From the IMG/VR virus record IMGVR_UViG_2853092212_000004: a DNA stretch of 64,000 nt. One strand, written 5' to 3'. Below, piece after piece: positions 1-10,047 of this stretch (within the stretch, counting starts at the first letter, position 1; every line of letters starts with the position of its first letter). The notes beneath the pieces are model-generated. The model was not told where the DNA came from. It did not search any database and worked only from the letters and a program-made list of their open reading frames with translations. This DNA is from an uncultured virus (IMG/VR IMGVR_UViG_2853092212_000004) (taxonomy: Duplodnaviria > Heunggongvirae > Uroviricota > Caudoviricetes). A program made the position numbers and the translations under genes.

Positions 1-267
1 TTGATTGCGGACAATGCTAGATATCATCATTTTAAAGGTATAGATGATTTCTTAAAAGGTATAGAAAATATTTCTTTTTTATACCTTCCACCATATTGTT
101 CTGAGTTAAATGCAATTGAGCACCTTTGGAAAAATTTACGCCAAGCTGTAATTCATAATACTGTATTTGAAGTTTTTTCTCAGTTAATTCAACAAGTTAA
201 GTCACATTTAGATGTATTAAATTTGGACAAGGGTAAATTAAAAAAGCTTTGTTATTTTATACAGTAG
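1..267 (+). CDS. IS630 transposase C-terminal DDE segment
   Basis: DNARYH and LPPYCSELNAIEHLW motifs. Confidence 0.9.
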   Translation: MIADNARYHHFKGIDDFLKGIENISFLYLPPYCSELNAIEHLWKNLRQAVIHNTVFEVFSQLIQQVKSHLDVLNLDKGKLKKLCYFIQ

Positions 268-310
268 GTTTACCCCGTAAGATATTAGCAGTTAGTTATT
301 AAAATTTATA
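1..310 (+). mobile_element. IS630-family element, right part (same IS as 46436..47612)
   Basis: Encoded 88-aa protein identical to 46479..46745; ends in the same terminal IR (..gttagttattaaaatttata) followed by TA at 311-312. Confidence 0.92.
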
Positions 311-584
311 TAAAAAAATTTTTTAAATTATCTTGTAAATTTATGATATCATCAGTATTTACATCATTAATATTCTCTGCTTCATAACACTTTATTAATA
401 ATCCCTTAATTTCATTTTTTGTTAAAACTGAATGTGGAATAATACTTTGATACTTGTATTGAATATAAAATATTAATTTTTTCATATCCTCAGGTTTAAT
501 TTTACTCTTAATAAAACACCTACTATTGTTGTCCTTGTTGTTATCCCTTATTTCATATACATAATTAACTTCTTGATCTAACAT
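306..584 (-). pseudogene. Hypothetical protein truncated at 3' end by IS630; paralog of 15071..15505
   Basis: Shares NYVYEI and DMxxLIFYIQYKYxxIIP with 15071..15505; stop codon lies inside the IS end. Confidence 0.7.
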
Positions 585-629
585 CCCCGCTTATGAATAC
601 CTCCAAATTTCTATGCTTAAAATATAACA

Positions 630-662
630 CTATAATACGGACATAAGATGTCCGTATTATAG
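630..662. repeat. Inverted repeat, 15-bp arms (terminator or protein-binding site)
   Basis: ctataatacggacat-aag-atgtccgtattatag downstream of the recombinase gene. Confidence 0.6.
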
Positions 663-703
663 ATTTTTAATATTATTATTACTACTTCAATATATATTTT
701 CAT

Positions 704-2290
704 TTAACTAACCTTTATATAAAAACTCTGACTATATCTTTCATACAAATCATACCTACTAATTTGGCTCATAACTTTAACTCCTTCATTATTTTTGAGC
801 AAAGAAAAAGACACATTGAAGATAACTTCAATGTGTTCTTTATAAACTATTACTTCTTTTACAAAGTCTCTTATGAACTTTTTGCACTCTGGAACATTCC
901 TGCTGATTACATAGCCACTAAAATTACTTAACAGGCTTCTTACATCTGCTTCTGTTACTATTTGATTAATATCCTTAGCTTCAATTTCTGATAGCTTAGC
1001 CTCTAATTCATGTTTACTAATTTTAAGCTCATCCATTTTAGCTTTGAATTCTTCTTGAACAAATCCATTTGTTATAGCAGTTACTATATTATTAATTTGC
1101 CCTTCAACTTCATCTATTTGTTTTAGCAATACAGCTTTCTTTTCTACATCAGCATTATTTTGCTTTTGAAGGTTTTTATTAATACCTTCTGCTATATAAG
1201 TAATTGCTTTATCATTAAATATTTTTCTTTCCAATTCAGACAATACATATTCTTCAATGTACTCTTTGCGTATTTCCTTATTGTCACAAACCTTAGAGCT
1301 TGTCTTTTGTCTAAAGGAACACCTATAAGATACATACATAGGCTTATTTTTAGCATGTCTACGATTTCCTTGGTATGGTTTTCCACAACATCCGCATTTT
1401 ATTAGTCCTGTGAGTAGATAATTTTCCTTAGCTTTATTAGTTCCCGGTTTCTTTCTACGCATTTTTAAAATTTCTTGAACTTTTTCAAAGTCCTCTTTAG
1501 AAACTATCGCAGGTATACCGCCTTCTACTCTAATTACCTCACTTTCATCTTTATAAGAGTGAGAATTTCTTTTCCCGAAAGCATCCTTCTTAGCTGTTCT
1601 ATTGTAAATGTAAACTCCGGTATATTTTTCATTAGTTAATATGCTATGGATACTATTAACTTTAAATATTGTGCCAACTTTAGTCTTGAAGCCTCTTTCA
1701 TTTAATTCATTAATGATTTCGCTCCTTGAATTACCAGCAATGCTCATTTCATATATTAGTTTCACACTCTCAGCCTCTCTAGGATTAATAATGTATTTCT
1801 TTTCTTCATTAACATCATATCCTAAAGGTGGGGTGCCACCATTATGCAAAGCCTTATATCCATTTTCTGTAAGTCCTTTCATAGTTTCCCTTGCTAAGTT
1901 CTTAGAATAATATTCTGCCATTCCTTCAATGACACTTTCCAAGATTATGCTTTCCGGACTATCATCTAATTGTTCTGTAATACTTATAAGCCTTACCCCA
2001 AATTGCTTAAGCTTCCTTTTATACATTGCACTATCATATTTATTCCTTGAGAATCTGTCCAATTTATGAACAATGATACAATCAAAATCTCCTTTTTCTG
2101 CATCTTTAATCATTCTCAGAAACTCAGGTCGCTTATCACTTGTTCCAGATTTAGCTTTATCAGCATATTCAGCCACTATTTCAAATCCATTCTTTTGAGC
2201 AAAATCTTTGGCTGCTCTTGATTGAGCATCTATAGATTCCTCCCTTTGATTATTACTTGAAAATCTGCCATAAAAAGCCGCTTTAGTCAT
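704..2290 (-). CDS. Large serine recombinase (integrase)
   Basis: YGRFSS catalytic Ser, DRFSR, recombinase domain (PPLGY), Zn ribbon CGCCG..YRC..C, coiled coil. Confidence 0.95.
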   Translation of the reverse strand: MTKAAFYGRFSSNNQREESIDAQSRAAKDFAQKNGFEIVAEYADKAKSGTSDKRPEFLRMIKDAEKGDFDCIIVHKLDRFSRNKYDSAMYKRKLKQFGVRLISITEQLDDSPESIILESVIEGMAEYYSKNLARETMKGLTENGYKALHNGGTPPLGYDVNEEKKYIINPREAESVKLIYEMSIAGNSRSEIINELNERGFKTKVGTIFKVNSIHSILTNEKYTGVYIYNRTAKKDAFGKRNSHSYKDESEVIRVEGGIPAIVSKEDFEKVQEILKMRRKKPGTNKAKENYLLTGLIKCGCCGKPYQGNRRHAKNKPMYVSYRCSFRQKTSSKVCDNKEIRKEYIEEYVLSELERKIFNDKAITYIAEGINKNLQKQNNADVEKKAVLLKQIDEVEGQINNIVTAITNGFVQEEFKAKMDELKISKHELEAKLSEIEAKDINQIVTEADVRSLLSNFSGYVISRNVPECKKFIRDFVKEVIVYKEHIEVIFNVSFSLLKNNEGVKVMSQISRYDLYERYSQSFYIKVS

Positions 2291-2437
2291 AACATCACCT
2301 CTTAAATAATATTTGAATTAAGAGGTTTAACTCAATGTAGAGCTTCTACAAAAACACTATTTAATTTTATATCTAAAGCATTTTAATTACTTCTAACATC
2401 AAGTTGCCTCCTAAATCATCTAAATTATTATATATAT

Positions 2438-2611
2438 TTATTTAACCCCTTTATTTCATTAGACTTCTTATTAAAAGTTAGAATTATACCATTTTTACTA
2501 ATGCTTAAATCTTGAGGATCATATTTCCCCCCCAACTCTATATCTATCCATAATGTCATCACAAGACATTTTACAAGTTAGCTTTGCTTTTATTTTTATG
2601 TATTCTTCCAT
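2438..2611 (-). CDS. Small hypothetical protein, 57 aa (MEEYIKIKAK...)
   Basis: Read manually; AGGAG upstream; below ORF-track cutoff. Confidence 0.5.
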
Positions 2612-2735
2612 GTATAAAATTAACTCCTAATCAATTTAATTAAGTGAATATTTAACAAATATTTGTTAAATGATTATTATTTATTCATTTATTTAAGTAG
2701 TGGAGATTTTATACACTCCACCACTAATTTAGCTA

Positions 2736-2909
2736 CTAAGCATTGCATTCATTAATATACTTAGATGTTAATATTTCAATTAATGCTTTATATTTATCAG
2801 CATATGTAACTTCCTTGTCCTCATCCTCTATTTTTTCAATAGAATCTCTAGTGTAATTTCTTTGGTATAATTTAGTTCTTGATATTGTTGTCTTAACATA
2901 TCCAATCAT
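2736..2909 (-). CDS. Small hypothetical protein, 57 aa (MIGYVKTTIS...)
   Basis: Read manually; strong AGGAGGT SD. Confidence 0.6.
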   Translation of the reverse strand: MIGYVKTTISRTKLYQRNYTRDSIEKIEDEDKEVTYADKYKALIEILTSKYINECNA

Positions 2910-3064
2910 TTAAAGTTACCTCCTATTTATTACTATGGCTAATTAAAAGTTAAATATTAGATTTTTTTGTGGTTAGGTGGCAAAGTGGATGATAATTTCA
3001 AATTCAAAATCATCCTAAGAAGTAATTACTTATTGCAGAAAAATTTCTTTGCCACTTAACCACC

Positions 3065-4744
3065 TTAACTACTAGCTACAGAAAAAGTATATTTTTCTTC
3101 TTTATTGGGTAATTTAGAACTATTAATTTTAAAGTTATTTAAGTATAAAGTTCCTTGTATTTTCTTATACTCTAAGTCTTTATTAATATTTATTTTTGAA
3201 GCATTATTCAATGCTCTCCAAAATCTTTGAGCTGAATCCGTTCCTCTAGCAGATATACTTTGCCCGTCAATCCAAGATTTGTAACCCTCCAAAACTGATT
3301 TCTTAGTTTCACTACTTCCTTCATTGTAGACAAGAACTTCATTAAAATAATTTTCTACTGGATTTTGTTCTTGTCTATAATTTTTAGTAATTTTTTCAAC
3401 TGCCTTACTTTCTGTAAATTTATAATCATTTCTTATAAGTCTTTCAAGTCCTTCTAAGCACCAATTAAGAAGCCCACTTAATTCTGTTAATACTTTTTCT
3501 TTTAATTTTTTATCTATATCTTCTGGCTTGAATACTCTATTAAACGGAACTATAAGTATTTTTCTGTAATAACCATGAGTGTTATCCAATGTATCTGGTA
3601 ACGTGTTTAATAAGAAAATTAACTTTATAGTTGATTTATAGTTTAATGCTTGTTTGAATTTTCTAGATATGTTAATAGTGTCACCACTTATTAATGCTTT
3701 AAGATTCTCCGTACTAATAGCACCTCCTAGTTCATTTTCATTAGCTATATTAAGATTCTTACTTACTATGCCTTCTATGCCAAACCTCTCTGAAAATTTA
3801 GATAGTGGAATGTTACTTACATTATTAATCCCAACAATCTCTGTAAGCACTTCTGCACAGAAGCTTTTACCATTAGAACCCACACCATTAAAGAAAAATG
3901 CCCTTTCTGCCTTAGTGTTATTAATTAAGACATTTCCAAAAATCTCTTGAATGCACATTATTAATTCATCATCATCACATGCAATTTCTCTGATGGCTTT
4001 TTTAAATATCGGACAATCTTCATCTTTGTTATAATTAATTGGTGACTTACTAGTAAACATATATTTCTTATCATGTGGTAATAACATCTTTGTAACTGTG
4101 TTATAAACACCATTATTAAAAGCAATCAAGTTATCATCTGCAGCACTAGCATCTACTCTAGATACCTCCCTCATCAAACCATCTAAGATATCTCGCTCAT
4201 AAGCTTTCTTCCAGCTATCCTGAATAGCATTATTCATAAGATATCTTAATACAGTTCCTAGCAAATCCTCACTAAGCTCTTCAAAAATTCCTTCTTTATT
4301 ATTAAACATCATCAAGACTCCATGCTTAATAATAAAATCTGCAACATTTTGTAAATATGTAATGCATCTATTAGTGTTTAGTCTTAACTTCTTCTTTTCA
4401 TCATAAAAGAAGCCTAAAGCAACTACTCTATTATGAGCCAGCAAAACTCTTAACTCACCTATTAACTCTTCATCTTTAAACACCTCTATATCTTTAGCTT
4501 CATATTTATCACTTTTAATTATTCCTGGCATTAAAGATTTCATTATAGATGAGAATAAATTCTCATCTATAATATCACAATGATGTTTAAGCTCTGTATA
4601 AGCTTTTTCATCACCTCTTTCCTTAATGAGTCCAATTAAAGTTAACACCTTATATAAAGATCCTGGACATTCTACAATAACGTCAACATTTTTGATATAT
4701 TCCATCACTACTTGTTTTACTGTTCTTACTACCATTCCAATCAC
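3065..4744 (-). CDS. D5/P4-family SF3 helicase (Cch2-like), no recognisable primase domain
   Basis: D5_N region (IAFNNGVYN..PHD), Walker A GVGSNGKS, motif B ANENE, motif C FLLN, RKILIVPF. Confidence 0.9.
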   Translation of the reverse strand: MIGMVVRTVKQVVMEYIKNVDVIVECPGSLYKVLTLIGLIKERGDEKAYTELKHHCDIIDENLFSSIMKSLMPGIIKSDKYEAKDIEVFKDEELIGELRVLLAHNRVVALGFFYDEKKKLRLNTNRCITYLQNVADFIIKHGVLMMFNNKEGIFEELSEDLLGTVLRYLMNNAIQDSWKKAYERDILDGLMREVSRVDASAADDNLIAFNNGVYNTVTKMLLPHDKKYMFTSKSPINYNKDEDCPIFKKAIREIACDDDELIMCIQEIFGNVLINNTKAERAFFFNGVGSNGKSFCAEVLTEIVGINNVSNIPLSKFSERFGIEGIVSKNLNIANENELGGAISTENLKALISGDTINISRKFKQALNYKSTIKLIFLLNTLPDTLDNTHGYYRKILIVPFNRVFKPEDIDKKLKEKVLTELSGLLNWCLEGLERLIRNDYKFTESKAVEKITKNYRQEQNPVENYFNEVLVYNEGSSETKKSVLEGYKSWIDGQSISARGTDSAQRFWRALNNASKININKDLEYKKIQGTLYLNNFKINSSKLPNKEEKYTFSVASS

Positions 4745-4751
4745 TCCTAAA

Positions 4752-5132
4752 TTACTTAAACTTTCTTTCTGCTATATTTGCATAAATATTACCTTTTTCA
4801 TCTGTATTGTGTTTTATTGTAATAACACATTCTTTACCCGTAAGTTCTTCAATATTAATTTCATTAGGTATATTACCTTTAAACACATCCATTAAGAACT
4901 TATAACACTTTGAATTTTCAGCATCAGATACCATTATTTTTTCCTTTTTGCTTTGTTCAGTTATGCCTACATAGATTGTATATTCAACTTCGATAAAGTC
5001 TCTAAATCCCCAATCAGTTTTACATTGCTTCAAATAGACAATTCCTCGAATTATTGCTTCATATTCACCTTCATTTAATGCTGCTTTACTACCTGTTGTA
5101 CCTAAGATTCCATTTCCATTTTTAAATATCAT
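4752..5132 (-). CDS. Small putative OB-fold ssDNA-binding protein (MP/DUF669-like)
   Basis: EGEYEAII..GKECVITIKH..YANI pattern; position between polA and helicase. Confidence 0.55.
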   Translation of the reverse strand: MIFKNGNGILGTTGSKAALNEGEYEAIIRGIVYLKQCKTDWGFRDFIEVEYTIYVGITEQSKKEKIMVSDAENSKCYKFLMDVFKGNIPNEINIEELTGKECVITIKHNTDEKGNIYANIAERKFK

Positions 5133-5146
5133 ATTTTTTCCTCCTT

Positions 5147-6754
5147 TTATTTACACCAATTATTACTTATTGAACTATCAACAATAACCGGAACACTTCT
5201 GATAATATTTTCCATTCCGGAAATCATGCATTTTTCTAATACATCTTTAGCTTCATTAGCATCTTCCTCTGGAACTTCTAACAGAATCTCATCATGAACT
5301 ACTGCGACTAGCTTCCATGAATCTTTAATACTATCTGTAAGCAATGCTAATGCTTCTTTTAATCCTTCTGCTGCTGAACCTTGAATTGGCAGATTTAATC
5401 TTTGAGTTAATGTCAAGCTTTCACTTTGCCACCTTCTTCCACCTAGGGTTTTTATATAATCTGCTCTTAGCAAAGCATCTTGAAGTTCTCTAACTTTAGA
5501 ATAAACATTAAGAAATTCAAGTCTGTATTGTTCAGCTTCTTCTAAAGTTGAATAAATTCCGCATTTTCTTAAATTCTTTTGAATCCCATAAGGTGTAATT
5601 CCATACACAATCCCAAAGTTGAGACTTTTTGCCACTTGTCTTTCCTCCTTAGTTATTTCTCCTAGTGGCTTTTTAAAGACTAAGCTAGCTGTGCCTGTAT
5701 GAAGATCAACTCCATCTTTAAAATAGTTTATTAGTGTTTCATCATTCGAAATACTTGCCAGCACCCTTAATTCTACCTGAGAGTAATCTGCAACAACTAA
5801 CAGATGCCCTTCTTCTGCAACAAAAAATTCTCTACTATTACCTGGCATAGCTTGTAATGGAGGGTTATTACATGACATCCTCCCAGAGCTTGCCCCTATT
5901 AATCGCCAATCAGCTCTTATTCTCCCATCATCTTCTATAAAACTTTCTAGTTTTTCTCCATATGTCTTAATCTTAGTTTGAAGCTTTCTATATTTCCTAA
6001 TGAGCTTGACCGCTTCATATTCATCAGAGTATTTTGCCAATTCATCATCTGATGTTGAATATAGTTTAATTCCTCCATATACTGAAAGTGCTTCAACTAA
6101 TTGCTTAGGAGAATTCAAGTTAATATCTGGCATATTTAATAAATCTTTTATTGTAGATTCAATCTCAATACTTAACTTTCTATCGTCATCCAGCCTTGTA
6201 TTCCACTTATCAAACTCCATCTTGATCCCATTATTTTCAAGCATAACAATTGCAGGTAAAGCTTTTCTCTCTCTTTCATATGTCATTAATAAATTCTTTT
6301 TTAATAGTAAATCTATTAACCTATAATACAATTCTCTTGTATTCTCAACATCCTTAACTGCATAGTCAATATGCTCTTGAGTCAATTCGTCAACTTTCCA
6401 ATTATCACTATGCTGCATTGACTTGTCCATATCAATATCAAGATACTTTTTAGATAAAGCTTTAAGACTTAACTTATCCTCTTCCAACACTTGTGCCATA
6501 GTTAATGTACAATGATAATTATTAACTTTACATCCGTTGTTTATTAAGTATCCTACATCAAATTTAGCATTGTGAAATACCTTCACAAAATTTGGATCTT
6601 CCAAAATCTCTCTGACATCTTCATCTATGAACTCTTTATAGACAACTTCTTCTTTACCTTTAGCAAAAACAATTAACTTTATTTTCCCATTTCTAGGATT
6701 TAATGAGTTAGTCTCTAAGTCCATAAAAATCATTTCTAACTTAGGCTTATTCAT
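5147..6754 (-). CDS. Family A DNA polymerase with 3'-5' exonuclease, no 5' nuclease
   Basis: Exo I DLET, Exo II HNAKFD, Exo III YAVKD; motifs A DYSQVELR, B RQVAKSLNFGIVYG, C VHDE. Confidence 0.95.
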   Translation of the reverse strand: MNKPKLEMIFMDLETNSLNPRNGKIKLIVFAKGKEEVVYKEFIDEDVREILEDPNFVKVFHNAKFDVGYLINNGCKVNNYHCTLTMAQVLEEDKLSLKALSKKYLDIDMDKSMQHSDNWKVDELTQEHIDYAVKDVENTRELYYRLIDLLLKKNLLMTYERERKALPAIVMLENNGIKMEFDKWNTRLDDDRKLSIEIESTIKDLLNMPDINLNSPKQLVEALSVYGGIKLYSTSDDELAKYSDEYEAVKLIRKYRKLQTKIKTYGEKLESFIEDDGRIRADWRLIGASSGRMSCNNPPLQAMPGNSREFFVAEEGHLLVVADYSQVELRVLASISNDETLINYFKDGVDLHTGTASLVFKKPLGEITKEERQVAKSLNFGIVYGITPYGIQKNLRKCGIYSTLEEAEQYRLEFLNVYSKVRELQDALLRADYIKTLGGRRWQSESLTLTQRLNLPIQGSAAEGLKEALALLTDSIKDSWKLVAVVHDEILLEVPEEDANEAKDVLEKCMISGMENIIRSVPVIVDSSISNNWCK

Positions 6755-6941
6755 CTATTGACCTCCGAATATTAAATTTTTTATAGCTCATTTGCTATGG
6801 TTTTAGTATATTATCTTTTTATATATATTTATCTAGCTTAAAACCCAATCCCGAAAATAAATATGGAACTTATGTAAAAAAAAGTATTTAAATAATAAAA
6901 AATAGATGCTCTTGATTAATAAGAACATCTATTTTTTATTA

Positions 6942-8285
6942 TTATTTCAATTTGTTTATAATATTATTTCTTTCTAATAATATCTCTTTATTATTCTCTA
7001 ATAAATACTTCATATTCTTAAATGCTTTGTATAGCATTTTTTCATCATTTTTAATATCTAAGTATTTTCCTACGTCAACTTTTTGTATTTGATTATAAAT
7101 TTCTTCTTTTGCATTATCACTAATAGTATTAAATGCTTCTTCCTTTAAATTTTCAAATTTAAAATCAGCTATCAATAGCATATCAGCTACTATTTCATCT
7201 TTTAATTTTTGTAGTTCATTAATTTCATTGCATATATCTTTATAAATCATGTCTTGGTTATTATTAAACTCAAATATTATTCTATTTACTATTGCTTTCA
7301 TTGTAGATGAGCGGTAAATACATGAATCCAATACTGATAGTTTAGAAACTCTATTAGCTAATACTTTTTTTGTTAATGAAGTATCCTCAATTAAATCTAA
7401 TGCAATATTAGTATAAAAAACTATATTATATTTGCTCTCTATATCATAAAACTCTACCAACTCGTCAATATTCTGCACTCTATTTTCAAATATATTATAA
7501 AGTTTTATTATCTCATTATAACCTGTAGAAAATTCCTTTATAGACATATTACTAATTTTACCATCATCTATTTTATCAAAAATAGAATCCTTAGTTCTAT
7601 TTCTAGAATTTGAATTGCTTTTATTACTAGGTACTGTATTGAACTTTGCAAAAAAATTAGTTTTTACTAATCTTGCTATTTCTTCATTGTACTCTTTCGG
7701 TTGCATATCAGAATCTATTATTTTTTTATTATATGCCTTTAACACACTTTCTAAAAACGAATCTGTATCCATATTACTAAGCACTTCTAATTTCTTAACT
7801 TCATCAATTCCAAGTAAAATTTTATTAATTTCTTCGTTAGAAACTTCTACTCCTATTTCTCCTGATCTAGCAGCTTCAATTATTTTAGCAAATCCATTGT
7901 CAATATCTACTATAGCCTCATTAATTATACTTGCCTTACTTGTTACTTCTTTAGGAATTCCGTTCAAAATATTTTCTTGATATTGATATTTTACCTTTTT
8001 TGTTACTCTTGAAAATAATGGTCTATTTTCTTCGTTCGTTTCATTTTCCTCTAATACTTTTGACATGGACATTTTTATCTTATTCTTCTTTACATACTCA
8101 GAACACCATTTCAAAATATTTTCATCTTTTAATTCCGAAAAACTCATTAGCTGATACTTGCTATTAAATATTCTTTCTGCTTCTTTATATCCAGAACTTT
8201 TTGGCATATATCCCCACATATTTGCTGCTGAAATTCCTGCTATATGCGAAACCATTCTAAAGTAAACTGCATTTTCTATGCCCAT
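6942..8285 (-). CDS. Hypothetical protein, 447 aa
   Basis: Long ORF with GAGGAG SD; followed by terminator-like hairpin near 6900-6935. Confidence 0.75.
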   Translation of the reverse strand: MGIENAVYFRMVSHIAGISAANMWGYMPKSSGYKEAERIFNSKYQLMSFSELKDENILKWCSEYVKKNKIKMSMSKVLEENETNEENRPLFSRVTKKVKYQYQENILNGIPKEVTSKASIINEAIVDIDNGFAKIIEAARSGEIGVEVSNEEINKILLGIDEVKKLEVLSNMDTDSFLESVLKAYNKKIIDSDMQPKEYNEEIARLVKTNFFAKFNTVPSNKSNSNSRNRTKDSIFDKIDDGKISNMSIKEFSTGYNEIIKLYNIFENRVQNIDELVEFYDIESKYNIVFYTNIALDLIEDTSLTKKVLANRVSKLSVLDSCIYRSSTMKAIVNRIIFEFNNNQDMIYKDICNEINELQKLKDEIVADMLLIADFKFENLKEEAFNTISDNAKEEIYNQIQKVDVGKYLDIKNDEKMLYKAFKNMKYLLENNKEILLERNNIINKLK

Positions 8286-8482
8286 AATATATCTCCCTCA
8301 TTTGTTTTTTTATATGATATAGTTCCTCTTTATTTTAGTAATAATATTATACTAAGATTCTCCTTTGTGGGAAAGGTAGATAAGTGGTAAAGCTTGTATT
8401 TTTCTATACCACCTCTGCCACCATATCAACTAAACTATATTAATTTATTGTATTTTTTTAATTTATAGAAAACTTTATATTA

Positions 8483-9994
8483 TTATAGACAAATTTTATA
8501 TTTAATATAAAAGCAGATTGTAGACAAAAAGCATTTTCTTAGCGAGAAGAAAATGCTTTTTGTTAGTTTTAGGATATTATTTATTGAAATTCTTATTATC
8601 AAAATGTTAAAAGTGCTATCGACGCGATAGCTACCGTTCCTTTTCCATAATCGATTGGCCATCTTTTTTAAATTCATGCATGCAAAAGTAAGCGTAACCT
8701 CCATTTTCATTTTGGCTAAGCCTCTTAGGTGTGTATACCTCATACTGTGCTTTTCCTTAGCATCAGCGAAAACTCTTTCAATTGTTTCTTTTCTGCATTT
8801 ATAAACAGAGTTTACATATTTGTCATGTCTAAGATGATTTGCTTCTTCAAGATAATTCTCCCAAACATGCCTAGTTACAAGTTTTTGATGATTTTTACTG
8901 CTTGTACATTTATTTATGTATGGACAGTTTTTACATTCACATGAATTAGATTTGTATTCTCTATATCCATCTCTATTGGTAGTACTATATTTTAATATTT
9001 TTCCGTTTGGACAAATATAAAAATCATTATATTCATCATAAACATACTCATACTTTTTGAAAAAACCATCCTTAGTCATCGGTCTTTTATATGGAAGTGT
9101 AGGTAAAATATTATCATCAAATAATGTTTTACATATGTACGGTGTGATATATCCCGCATCCATAGCTATTGCTAGGATGTCGTTAATACCATGCTTTTCT
9201 TTCAAACTTTTGTATAAATCAATAAATCCAACGCTATCATGTACATTTCCGGATGTAACATGAAAATCTAAGATATAGTTATTGTTATCACAGGCAGTGT
9301 GAGCTAAGTATGCAAAACATTTTTCTTTCTCATTCTTATAAAACATACCACTATCTTTATCAGTAGTACTTTCCACAACTACCTTCGTGTCGGTTGATTT
9401 TTCAGTTTTTTTTAAAGGTTTTTTATCATGTTTTTCTCTATCTTCATCTATTTCTTTTTCTAATTGATCTTGATACTTTTTAGCTTCTGTTTCAATTTCC
9501 TTTTTAGTATATTTTCGCTTATTAGCACTAGCTTTTATATGAGTAGAATCTATGTATATTTCCGATAAATTTATGAAGCCATGTTTATCTGCTTCCTCTA
9601 ATATTTTAGTGAAAACTATATTGAATAAATCAGTATCTTTAAATCTTCTCTCATAGTTTTTATTAAAAGTTGAAAAATGAGGTATTTTCTCATTAAACGA
9701 GTATCCAATAAACCACCTATATGCTATGTTTACTTCAATTTCTCTTATCGTCTGCCTCATCGATGGAATGCCAAACAAATACTGAATCATAATAATTTTA
9801 ATTAGCACTACTGGATCAATGCTTGGCGCGCCGAACGCAGAGTATAACTCTGCAACTTCATCATATATAAAGTTAAAATCTATTGCTTTATCAATTTTCC
9901 TAACTAAATGATTTTTAGGAACTAAAGCATCTACACTATTAAATTCAATTTGAAATCTATTATCTACATCTTTTCTTGTCATCATTTTTATCAC
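8483..9994 (-). CDS. IS1182 transposase
   Basis: H(L)VRKID..PSIDP N-terminal domain, IDSTH, DAGY, CPNG, IERVFADAK. Confidence 0.93.
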   Translation of the reverse strand: MIKMMTRKDVDNRFQIEFNSVDALVPKNHLVRKIDKAIDFNFIYDEVAELYSAFGAPSIDPVVLIKIIMIQYLFGIPSMRQTIREIEVNIAYRWFIGYSFNEKIPHFSTFNKNYERRFKDTDLFNIVFTKILEEADKHGFINLSEIYIDSTHIKASANKRKYTKKEIETEAKKYQDQLEKEIDEDREKHDKKPLKKTEKSTDTKVVVESTTDKDSGMFYKNEKEKCFAYLAHTACDNNNYILDFHVTSGNVHDSVGFIDLYKSLKEKHGINDILAIAMDAGYITPYICKTLFDDNILPTLPYKRPMTKDGFFKKYEYVYDEYNDFYICPNGKILKYSTTNRDGYREYKSNSCECKNCPYINKCTSSKNHQKLVTRHVWENYLEEANHLRHDKYVNSVYKCRKETIERVFADAKEKHSMRYTHLRGLAKMKMEVTLTFACMNLKKMANRLWKRNGSYRVDSTFNILIIRISINNILKLTKSIFFSLRKCFLSTICFYIKYKICL

Positions 9995-10047
9995 CCAATA
10001 TAATTTTAATTGAAAAATTAAAAGCTGTCGACTTTGTCGACAGCCTG
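8514..10047 (-). mobile_element. IS1182-family element with 21-bp target duplication
   Basis: Imperfect IRs cagattgtagacaaa / tttgtcgacagcctg; attttatatttaatataaaag at 8493..8513 and 10048..10068. Confidence 0.9.
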
